This document shows positions 1-6,798 of a stretch of DNA of 12,329 nt, piece by piece (the stretch's first letter is position 1; every line of letters begins with the position of its first letter). Under the pieces are notes generated by a model that was given only the letters and a program-made list of their open reading frames with translations, ran no database searches and had not been told where the DNA came from. The DNA lies in IMG/VR virus record IMGVR_UViG_2737471824_000002; one strand, given 5' to 3'. Source of the stretch: a virus (Duplodnaviria > Heunggongvirae > Uroviricota > Caudoviricetes). The translations under genes and the position numbers were made by a program.

Positions 1-333
1 TGGCTGTTTTACGCGTATGACAGGCTCCGGAAGACGGTTGTTGCGCACGTATTCGGTGAACGCACTATGGCGACGCTGGGGCGTCTTATGAGCCTGCTGT
101 CACCCTTTGACGTGGTGATATGGATGACGGATGGCTGGCCGCTGTATGAATCCCGCCTGAAGGGAAAGCTGCACGTAATCAGCAAGCGATATACGCAGCG
201 AATTGAGCGGCATAACCTGAATCTGAGGCAGCACCTGGCACGGCTGGGACGGAAGTCGCTGTCGTTTTCAAAATCGGTGGAGCTGCATGACAAAGTCATC
301 GGGCATTATCTGAACATAAAACACTATCAATAA
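1..333 (+). CDS. insB: IS1 transposase InsB, C-terminal part (5' end outside window)
   Basis: Open frame from nt 1 to TAA at 331-333; translation matches the InsB C-terminus. Confidence 0.85.
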   Translation, partial: WLFYAYDRLRKTVVAHVFGERTMATLGRLMSLLSPFDVVIWMTDGWPLYESRLKGKLHVISKRYTQRIERHNLNLRQHLARLGRKSLSFSKSVELHDKVIGHYLNIKHYQ

Positions 334-348
334 GTTGGAGTCATTACC
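1..348 (+). mobile_element. IS1 insertion sequence, right-hand portion (window begins inside the element)
   Basis: Frame-1 translation from nt 1 matches the C-terminal part of IS1 InsB (…[35 protein letters not shown]…[11 protein letters not shown]), and the sequence ends with the IS1 terminal inverted repeat …ATCAATAAGTTGGAGTCATTACC at 326-348. Recognised from memory of IS1. Confidence 0.9.
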
Positions 349-544
349 TGGCAGCTGAAGGGCCACGCAGACCATTTATCCGGCAAAATTCCACGCGTAA
401 TCCGGTGGTAATTTCTTCTGCATCGCGGAGATTGAGCGCTGAAACATGAAGCTGGACATCGATACGACCATCGGATGGGGTGATAAGACCCTTGCCGCTT
501 TTGCCGTCAAAGGTTTTGACAATTCCTGTCATTTTACGGGACAA
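344..544 (-). CDS. cspF: CspF/CspH-like cold-shock-domain protein, 3' end altered by the IS1 insertion
   Basis: 66-aa [30 protein letters not shown]…[12 protein letters not shown], a CspF/CspH-type paralogue divergent from cspB. The final Arg codon straddles the IS1 end at 347-349 and the stop codon (344-346) lies inside the IS1 inverted repeat, so the native last ~5 codons are replaced. Confidence 0.75.
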   Translation of the reverse strand: MSRKMTGIVKTFDGKSGKGLITPSDGRIDVQLHVSALNLRDAEEITTGLRVEFCRINGLRGPSAAR

Positions 545-648
545 AAAAATTCCTTAATACTGATAACTTGGCGCACTATACACACGTTCCTGAAGAAAGC
601 TATAGTTTTTTGATGGGGTTGAAGATGGCTGGATGTCTAAAATAAACA

Positions 649-677
649 TTGCTTCATATGTTCAACTATGCGTTAAT
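649..677 (+). promoter_or_regulatory. Putative cspB promoter (cspA-like: -35 TTGCTT, 17-bp spacer, -10 GTTAAT)
   Basis: TTGCTT at 649-654 and GTTAAT at 672-677 with a 17-bp spacer, resembling the cspA promoter (TTGCAT/CTTAAT); this leaves a ~160-nt 5' UTR before the cspB ATG, typical of the cspA family. Confidence 0.45.
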
Positions 678-685
678 GATTGCGT

Positions 686-702
686 CGGTTTGAAGAACAG
701 AC
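686..702 (+). promoter_or_regulatory. Cold-box-like element at the start of the cspB 5' UTR
   Basis: CGGTTTGAAGAACAGAC resembles the cspA cold box (…GGUUUGACGUACAGAC); a GCCGAAAGGC box also occurs at 816-825 just before the SD (TAAGGAA, 832-838). Confidence 0.45.
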
Positions 703-844
703 GATATACGAAGTAGTTTACTAAAGCAGTTCTCATTTCAGGTGTTATTCACTTATTCCTTCTTTGAGTCTCTCCAATTAAGTACGAAGTCGTTTCTGTT
801 ATGCAAACCATTTATGCCGAAAGGCTCAAGTTAAGGAATGTAGA

Positions 845-1060
845 ATGTCAAATAAAATGACTGGTTTAGTAAAATGGTTTAACGCTGATAAAGGTTTCGG
901 CTTTATTTCTCCTGTTGATGGTAGTAAAGATGTGTTTGTGCATTTTTCTGCGATTCAGAATGATAATTATCGAACCTTATTTGAAGGTCAAAAGGTTACC
1001 TTCTCTATAGAGAGTGGTGCTAAAGGTCCTGCAGCAGCAAATGTCATCATTACTGATTAA
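845..1060 (+). CDS. cspB: Cold shock protein CspB
   Basis: 71-aa [74 protein letters not shown] with RNP1/RNP2 cold-shock-domain motifs; matches CspB as I recall it. Confidence 0.95.
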   Translation: MSNKMTGLVKWFNADKGFGFISPVDGSKDVFVHFSAIQNDNYRTLFEGQKVTFSIESGAKGPAAANVIITD

Positions 1061-1171
1061 AATTCATCGCTCGTCTGTATACGATAACGAAGAAGGCTGA
1101 TGCCTGAGTAGAGATACGGACAGAGTAGTGAATATTGGATCTCTTTAATAAAAAGTAAGGAGGTCCAATAC

Positions 1172-1207
1172 ATGAAACAATGGCTAGCATATTTGGCAAA
1201 ATCTTAA
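1172..1207 (+). CDS. Candidate 11-codon mini-ORF (MKQWLAYLAKS) with a strong Shine-Dalgarno; function unknown
   Basis: TAAGGAGGT at 1156-1164, 7-nt spacer, ATG at 1172, stop TAA at 1205-1207; followed by hairpins (TGCAG…CTGCA 1241-1255; CAGCAG…CTGCTG 1269-1287) and the terminator at 1342-1366. Confidence 0.2.
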   Translation: MKQWLAYLAKS

Positions 1208-1341
1208 TCAGGAAAAGTATGCTAACCATTGTGGTGAAGTGCAGGTTTGCTGCATGAATAGTTTTACAGCAGAAGCTAACTGCTGGCATGGCAAAACAAA
1301 GTGCGTAAGTGGATGACTCCCACAAAAAGCACCACAATCTC

Positions 1342-1366
1342 AAACCCGCTCAGGCGGGTTTTTTAT
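1342..1366 (+). terminator. Rho-independent terminator (mainly plus-strand; weak on the minus strand)
   Basis: Stem AAACCCGC (1342-1349), loop TCAG, stem GCGGGTTT, followed by a T-run (TTTTTTATTAT). On the minus strand the hairpin is preceded by an A-tract and followed by only UUUGAG. Confidence 0.7.
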
Positions 1367-1423
1367 TATCTGCTTTAAATATATTATTAAAATATAAAAA
1401 ATACTTGTTACTAATAAAATCAA

Positions 1424-1594
1424 TCAGGCTACAGCTTTAAGATTTGTCTGGAATACTTTGTTGCAATGAGGGCAGATCAAAAGGGCACCTTTTTGTACTC
1501 TTGAAAAACTGTGTTCTGACTCTTGGGTGCAGTTTGGGCAGGAACATTTAACGAGATAATTACGGCGTGATTTTGAGTTTTTACGTTCTGACAT
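1424..1594 (-). CDS. Small zinc-ribbon protein (CxCxxC…CxxC), function unknown
   Basis: ORF 1424-1645; the internal start at 1594 (MSERKNSKSRRNYLVKCSCPNCTQESEHSFSRVQKGALLICPHCNKVFQTNLKAVA, 56 aa) is preceded by AGGAA, while the upstream ATG at 1645 has no SD. Two Cys pairs ~20 residues apart suggest a zinc ribbon. Convergent with cspB. Confidence 0.45.
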   Translation of the reverse strand: MSERKNSKSRRNYLVKCSCPNCTQESEHSFSRVQKGALLICPHCNKVFQTNLKAVA

Positions 1595-1813
1595 AGGCTT
1601 TTCCTGTATAAATGGCCGTATACAGTACACTAAATATGAAAACATTTCTCGTATTATTATTTTATATATGACTTTCTTTCAAAATAATTACCCACATTTT
1701 TAATGTGTATGTTTTTTTAGCGCCGTTGAGAACAACGTGTGCTGTCAAAACTACCCCGTAGACTCCGATCTTTTCAAACATATTGCACCATCCGTGTACA
1801 TCGGGGTGAGGAT

Positions 1814-2029
1814 ATGAAATCAATGGATAAGTTAACAACAGGTGTTGCCTATGGCACATCGGCGGGTAATGCTGGTTTCTGGGCATTGCAGTTACTCGAT
1901 AAAGTAACTCCGTCACAGTGGGCTGCAATCGGTGTGCTGGGTAGCCTGGTTTTTGGCCTGCTGACGTATCTGACAAATCTTTATTTCAAGATTAAAGAAG
2001 ACAGGCGTAAGGCTGCGAGAGGAGAGTAA
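1814..2029 (+). CDS. essQ: Class II holin / pinholin (phage 21 S-like), dual-start motif MKSM
   Basis: [71 protein letters not shown]; two TMDs and a charged C-terminus; the Met1/Met4 dual start is typical of the holin/antiholin pair of S21. It lies immediately upstream of ydfR and the SAR endolysin. Confidence 0.9.
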   Translation: MKSMDKLTTGVAYGTSAGNAGFWALQLLDKVTPSQWAAIGVLGSLVFGLLTYLTNLYFKIKEDRRKAARGE

Positions 2030-2033
2030 TCCA

Positions 2034-2341
2034 ATGACTCAAGACTATGAACTGGTTGTGAAAGGAGTCCGTAATTTTGAGAATAAAGTTACGGTAACTG
2101 TAGCCTTACAGGACAAAGAACGCTTTGACGGTGAAATTTTTGACCTGGATGTCGCCATGGACCGTGTTGAAGGAGCTGCGCTGGAGTTTTATGAGGCAGC
2201 AGCCAGAAGGAGCGTCCGGCAAGTCTTCCTGGAAGTAGCAGAAAAATTGTCAGAAAAAGTTGAGTCTTATCTGCAGCATCAGTACTCCTTTAAGATTGAA
2301 AATCCTGCCAATAAGCACGAGCGTCCTCATCATAAATATCT

Positions 2342-2345
<4 letters not shown>
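2034..2345 (+). CDS. ydfR: YdfR-like protein (DUF1327 family as I recall it), lysis-cassette associated, function unknown
   Basis: 103-aa ORF between holin and endolysin, same order as essQ-ydfR-rrrQ in K-12 Qin; its stop overlaps the endolysin start (ATGA at 2342-2345). Confidence 0.75.
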
Positions 2346-3369
<1,024 letters not shown>

Positions 3370-3551
3370 GGTAATATTAAATCGGAACATTTACATCGCG
3401 GAATGTAAAATTTAAATAAAAAGGACTCTTCCATGAGCCAAAATTCCTGAAATCTTAAGGGTAAGATAAAAGGTCTTAATCAGAATGACACGTTTTATTA
3501 ATAAATAAAGCTATTCTTTCATTGCTGTGTTTTTCTTTACAAAAGTAATCC

Positions 3552-3580
3552 TTGCTATGGGTGGTTAATCATGCGTTAAT
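3552..3580 (+). promoter_or_regulatory. Putative cspI promoter (-35 TTGCTA, 17-bp spacer, -10 GTTAAT)
   Basis: Same architecture and shared ATGCGTTAATG core as the putative cspB promoter; gives a ~145-nt 5' UTR. Confidence 0.4.
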
Positions 3581-3731
3581 GGTGTTCTGGTTTGTTACAA
3601 ATTTATCTGAAGCAGTCATTGTTATAATTTTATTATTTGTACCTCTTGAGATTTCCTTGTTGGTTTTTCTCTCTGATATTTTTTTTCGGACCATTCTGCC
3701 CAAGGGCTAATTTCTTCAAAAGGTAATAATT

Positions 3732-3944
3732 ATGTCTAACAAAATGACTGGTTTAGTGAAATGGTTTAACCCTGAAAAAGGTTTTGGTTTCATCACGCCG
3801 AAAGATGGCAGCAAAGATGTGTTTGTCCATTTCTCAGCAATTCAGAGCAACGATTTCAAAACATTAACTGAGAATCAGGAAGTTGAATTTGGTATTGAGA
3901 ACGGACCTAAAGGTCCTGCCGCTGTTCATGTAGTGGCGCTTTGA
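3732..3944 (+). CDS. cspI: Cold shock protein CspI
   Basis: 70 aa [70 protein letters not shown]; matches CspI as I recall it. Confidence 0.95.
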   Translation: MSNKMTGLVKWFNPEKGFGFITPKDGSKDVFVHFSAIQSNDFKTLTENQEVEFGIENGPKGPAAVHVVAL

Positions 3945-3954
3945 GGTAGACAAT

Positions 3955-4143
3955 ATTACAAACCATATTCACTTTAGATGCCCGTGTTGTCATGGTTCCC
4001 AGTATAGAACATCATCTTTTGATGTTTCTGACATGAATCCTTTCGGGGCAAAATGTATCTTTTGTAAATCAATGATGATTACATTTGATAATATTTCACA
4101 ATACTTAAATGCCAGCCGTCTGTCGTTGGATTTAAAAAAGTGA
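3955..4143 (+). CDS. Small zinc-ribbon protein (CxCC…CxxC) with no canonical start codon; possible ATT initiation or a start-codon-mutated pseudogene
   Basis: Open frame from the stop at 3931-3933 to TGA 4141-4143, encoding …(I)TNHIHFRCPCCHGSQYRTSSFDVSDMNPFGAKCIFCKSMMITFDNISQYLNASRLSLDLKK. SD GAGGT at 3943-3947 with a 7-nt spacer to ATT at 3955. The first in-frame ATG (4033) lies after the first Cys cluster. A strong terminator follows at 4149-4171. Absent from the ORF track for lack of a canonical start. Confidence 0.45.
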   Translation: MTNHIHFRCPCCHGSQYRTSSFDVSDMNPFGAKCIFCKSMMITFDNISQYLNASRLSLDLKK

Positions 4144-4148
4144 AAATG

Positions 4149-4171
4149 AAGGCTCCTTCGGGAGCTTTTTT
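4149..4171 (+). terminator. Rho-independent terminator with UUCG tetraloop
   Basis: AAGGCTCC-TTCG-GGAGCTT followed by TTTTTTG, immediately downstream of the zinc-ribbon ORF. Confidence 0.7.
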
Positions 4172-4215
4172 GCTTGGTGTCTATTCGATGGATACTCACA
4201 TACTACGGTAACATC

Positions 4216-4446
4216 ATGAAAAAAATCATAGTTTTTTTTAACTCTGAACCAGCAGTGGTAGTGCCAGCGATGACTGGAGTTAACACCATCATGCGTGAAT
4301 ATCCAAATGGCGAAAAAACACACCTTACTGTAATGGCCGCAGGGTTTCCATCTCTGACCGGAGATCATAAAGTCATTTATGTAGCCGCGGATCGACATGT
4401 TACTTCAGAAGAAATTCTGGAAGCAGCAATAAGGCTCTTGAGTTGA
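4216..4446 (+). CDS. Small protein of the cold-shock moron cluster (possibly YnfN/YmcE-like), function unknown
   Basis: ORF 4174-4446; internal start MKKIIVFFNSEPAVVVPAMTGVNTIMREYPNGEKTHLTVMAAGFPSLTGDHKVIYVAADRHVTSEEILEAAIRLLS (76 aa). It sits between cspI and gnsB, where K-12 Qin has ynfN; start site uncertain (ATGs at 4174, 4216, 4270, 4294). Confidence 0.45.
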   Translation: MKKIIVFFNSEPAVVVPAMTGVNTIMREYPNGEKTHLTVMAAGFPSLTGDHKVIYVAADRHVTSEEILEAAIRLLS

Positions 4447-4617
4447 TTTGATGCTATTGCATTGATAATTCAGGAAAATTCTCTTTGTCTGTTTGTGTAA
4501 AATTTAGACTATCGTATGTTGATTATTGCGATGTTTCATCTTATCTTTTACACGTTTGCACCATATAATCGACTTACTGTGTAACTGGAAAGTCATAACA
4601 GACTAAAAGAGGAAATG

Positions 4618-4791
4618 ATGAATATTGAAAACTTAAAAACAAAAGCAGAAGCAGATATTTCTGAATATATAACAAAAAAAATTATTGAACTTAAGAAAAA
4701 GACCGGGAAAGAAGTTACCAGTATTCAGTTTACCGCACGGGAAAAAATGACGGGTCTTGAAAGCTATGATGTCAAGATTAATTTAATCTGA
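4618..4791 (+). CDS. gnsB: GnsB-like small protein (Gns family)
   Basis: 57 aa MNIENLKTKAEADISEYITKKIIELKKKTGKEVTSIQFTAREKMTGLESYDVKINLI (an extra ATG lies at 4615); SD GAGGAAA upstream; TATAAT -10 at 4564-4569. Matches GnsA/GnsB as I recall them. Absent from the ORF track because it is under 60 aa. Confidence 0.8.
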   Translation: MNIENLKTKAEADISEYITKKIIELKKKTGKEVTSIQFTAREKMTGLESYDVKINLI

Positions 4792-4818
4792 TGTATTCAA
4801 TAATAAAATTTATCCATA

Positions 4819-4845
4819 AACCTCGTTTTTACGGGGTTTTGTTAT
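4819..4845 (+). terminator. Possible terminator downstream of gnsB
   Basis: AACCTCG-TTTTTA-CGGGGTT followed by a T-rich stretch; the stem includes a G-U wobble pair. Confidence 0.35.
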
Positions 4846-4942
4846 ATTTGAATGGTTCCGAATATCTAAATCACAATTGTTGATGGTTTTTATTAAACCA
4901 ATGCAGTCCGGCTCAGGAGTGAGAGAAGCCGGACGTTATGGT

Positions 4943-5353
4943 TTAGCGTGGTAAGATCTGTGTAGTTTTCTGGATGCTTTCAGTAAATAGTAATGAATTA
5001 TCAAAGGTATAGTAATATCTTTTTTGTTCGTGGATATTTGTAACCCACCGAAAAACTCCTGCTTTAGCAAGGTTTCTTCTGTATTCCTGAAATGTGATCT
5101 CTCTGGATTTCAGCTTATTAGAGGTCGTTTCTATAAGATGCCTATCCTTTGAAAATTTGACAGACACAATGTTTTTTAGGCCCTTTAATAACACTGTATT
5201 ATCATTTTTTAATACAATATGAACATTCTCTGTGGCTAAATAGTAAATGTAATGTGAGACATTGTGACGTTTTAGCTCAGAATAAAACCATTGATAGTTT
5301 AAATCGTTTCGAACTTTATCAAATATTTGTTTAAAAATGACTACCTGATCCAT
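4943..5353 (-). CDS. ydfO: YdfO-like protein (DUF1398 family as I recall it), function unknown
   Basis: ORF 4943-5368; the second ATG (5353; [11 protein letters not shown]…, 136 aa) is preceded by GGAAGG at 7-nt spacing, the first ATG has no SD. Same position relative to gnsB as ydfO in K-12 Qin. Confidence 0.75.
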
Positions 5354-5410
5354 AGATAAACCTTCCATGTGATATGAGGGGGCGTAGTCTGCACGATTAT
5401 CTAAATTGCT

Positions 5411-5644
5411 TCAATCTGGTCTGACCTGTTTTCTGAGCAATTCAGTAATGTCACTCTTTTCTTTGTTTGCTTCAGAAGAAACTCTTTTTTCTGAGCACAG
5501 TCTCCGGCGGCAGGCTTCAATGACCCAGGCTGAGAAATTCCCGGACCCTTTTTGCTCAAGAGCGATGTTAATTTGTTCAATCATTTGGTTAGGAAAGCGG
5601 ATGTTGCGGGTTGTTGTTCTGCGGGTTCTGTTCTTCGTTGACAT
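5411..5644 (-). CDS. ynfO: YnfO-like small protein with a ribbon-helix-helix-like N-terminal pattern (DUF3950 family as I recall it)
   Basis: 77 aa MSTKNRTRRTTTRNIRFPNQMIEQINIALEQKGSGNFSAWVIEACRRRL…; basic N-terminus, then a beta-strand/helix/helix pattern reminiscent of Arc/CopG RHH folds. Lies 57 bp upstream of ydfO on the same strand. Confidence 0.6.
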   Translation of the reverse strand: MSTKNRTRRTTTRNIRFPNQMIEQINIALEQKGSGNFSAWVIEACRRRLCSEKRVSSEANKEKSDITELLRKQVRPD

Positions 5645-5843
5645 GAGGTTGCCCCGTATTCAGTGTCGCTGATTTGTATTGTCTGAAGTTGTTTTTACGT
5701 TAAGTTGATGCAGATCAATTAATATGATACCTGCGTCATAATTGATTATTTGACGTGGTTTGATGGCGTAGATGCACGTTGTGACATGCAGATGATAATT
5801 ATTATCATTTTGCGGGTCCTTTCCGGCGATCCGACAGGTTACG

Positions 5844-5855
5844 GGGCGGCGACCT
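5844..5855 (+). other. Lambda-type cosN (12-nt cohesive end GGGCGGCGACCT) within a cos region (cosQ upstream, cosB downstream to the Nu1 start)
   Basis: …ATCCGACAGGTTACG|GGGCGGCGACCTCGCGGGTTTTCGCTATTTATGAAAATTTTCCGGTTTAAGGC… is near-identical to the joined right and left ends of phage lambda as I recall them; it sits ~180 bp upstream of the Nu1-like gene. Confidence 0.85.
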
Positions 5856-6032
5856 CGCGGGTTTTCGCTATTTATGAAAATTTTCCGGTTTAAGGCATTT
5901 CCGTTCTTCTTCGTCGTAACTTAATGTTTTTATTTAAAATACCCCCTGAAAAGAAAGGAAACGACAGGTGCTGAAAACGAGCTTTTGGGCCTCTGTCGTT
6001 TCCTTTCTCTGTTTTTGGCCGTGGAATGAACA

Positions 6033-6578
6033 ATGGAAGTCAACAAAAAGCAGCTGGCTGACATTTTCGGTGCGAGTATCCGTACCATTCAGAACTGGCA
6101 GGAACAGGGAATGCCCGTTCTGCGAGGCGGTGGCAAGGGTAATGAGGTGCTTTATGACTCTGCCGCCGTTATAAGATGGTATGCCGAAAGGGATGCTGAA
6201 ATTGAGAACGAAAAGCTGCGCCGGGAAGTTGAAGAACTGCGGCAGGCCAGCGAGACAGATCTCCAGCCAGGGACTATTGAGTACGAACGCCATCGACTTA
6301 CGCGTGCGCAGGCCGACGCACAGGAGCTGAAAAATGCCAGAGACTCCGCTGAAGTGGTGGAAACCGCATTCTGTACTTTCGTGCTGTCGCGGATCGCAGG
6401 TGAAATTGCCAGTATTCTCGACGGGATCCCCCTGTCGGTGCAGCGGCGTTTTCCGGAACTGGAAAACCGACATGTTGATTTCCTGAAACGGGATATCATC
6501 AAAGCCATGAACAAAGCAGCCGCGCTGGATGAACTGATACCGGGGTTGCTGAGTGAATATATCGAACAGTCAGGTTAA
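6033..6578 (+). CDS. nohA: Terminase small subunit (lambda Nu1-like)
   Basis: 181 aa MEVNKKQLADIFGASIRTIQNWQEQGMPVLRGGGKGNEVLYDSAAVIRWYAERDAEIENEKLRREVEEL…, near-identical to lambda gpNu1 with its N-terminal winged-HTH; overlaps the start of the A-gene fragment as in lambda. Confidence 0.9.
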   Translation: MEVNKKQLADIFGASIRTIQNWQEQGMPVLRGGGKGNEVLYDSAAVIRWYAERDAEIENEKLRREVEELRQASETDLQPGTIEYERHRLTRAQADAQELKNARDSAEVVETAFCTFVLSRIAGEIASILDGIPLSVQRRFPELENRHVDFLKRDIIKAMNKAAALDELIPGLLSEYIEQSG

Positions 6579-6798
6579 CAGGCTGCGGCATTTTGTCCGC
6601 GCCGGGCTTCGCTCACTGTTCAGGCCGGAGCCACAGACCGCCGTTGAATGGGCGGATGCTAATTACTATCTCCCGAAAGAATCCGCATACCAGGAAGGGC
6701 GCTGGGAAACACTGCCCTTTCAGCGGGCCATCATGAATGCGATGGGCAGCGACTACATCCGTGAGGTGAATGTGGTGAAGTCTGCCCGTGTCGGTTAA
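6553..6798 (+). pseudogene. Terminase large subunit (lambda gpA-like), N-terminal 81-codon stump ending at a deletion junction
   Basis: [81 protein letters not shown] matches the first ~81 residues of lambda gpA; the frame then hits TAA (6796-6798) where tail-fibre sequence begins. The ATPase and nuclease domains are absent. Confidence 0.85.

Noticed and set aside
9-299. 96-aa minus-strand ORF inside IS1
   Set aside because: Antisense to the InsB reading frame, which accounts for this sequence; no SD; Arg/Cys/Ser-rich composition typical of a spurious antisense frame.
1050-1343. 97-aa minus-strand ORF downstream of cspB
   Set aside because: Runs through the terminator hairpin and the structured region; hydrophobic low-complexity translation with no SD; more likely non-coding.
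1662-1976. 104-aa minus-strand ORF overlapping the holin start
   Set aside because: Antisense to the pinholin gene and its upstream region; no family resemblance; the holin frame has clear hallmarks.
3990-4398. Minus-strand ORFs 3990-4199 and 4132-4398
   Set aside because: Antisense to the zinc-ribbon ORF, its terminator and the downstream small ORF; the 3990-4199 frame spans the plus-strand terminator hairpin.
5406-5672. 88-aa plus-strand ORF overlapping ynfO
   Set aside because: The opposite-strand frame has a plausible SD, an RHH-like pattern and synteny with ydfO; the plus-strand translation is hydrophobic with no recognisable motif.
5934-6514. Minus-strand ORFs 5934-6473 and 6152-6514 and plus-strand 5968-6174 around the Nu1 gene
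   Set aside because: Overlap cosB and the Nu1-like gene in antisense or alternative frames; the Nu1 frame is near-identical to lambda gpNu1.
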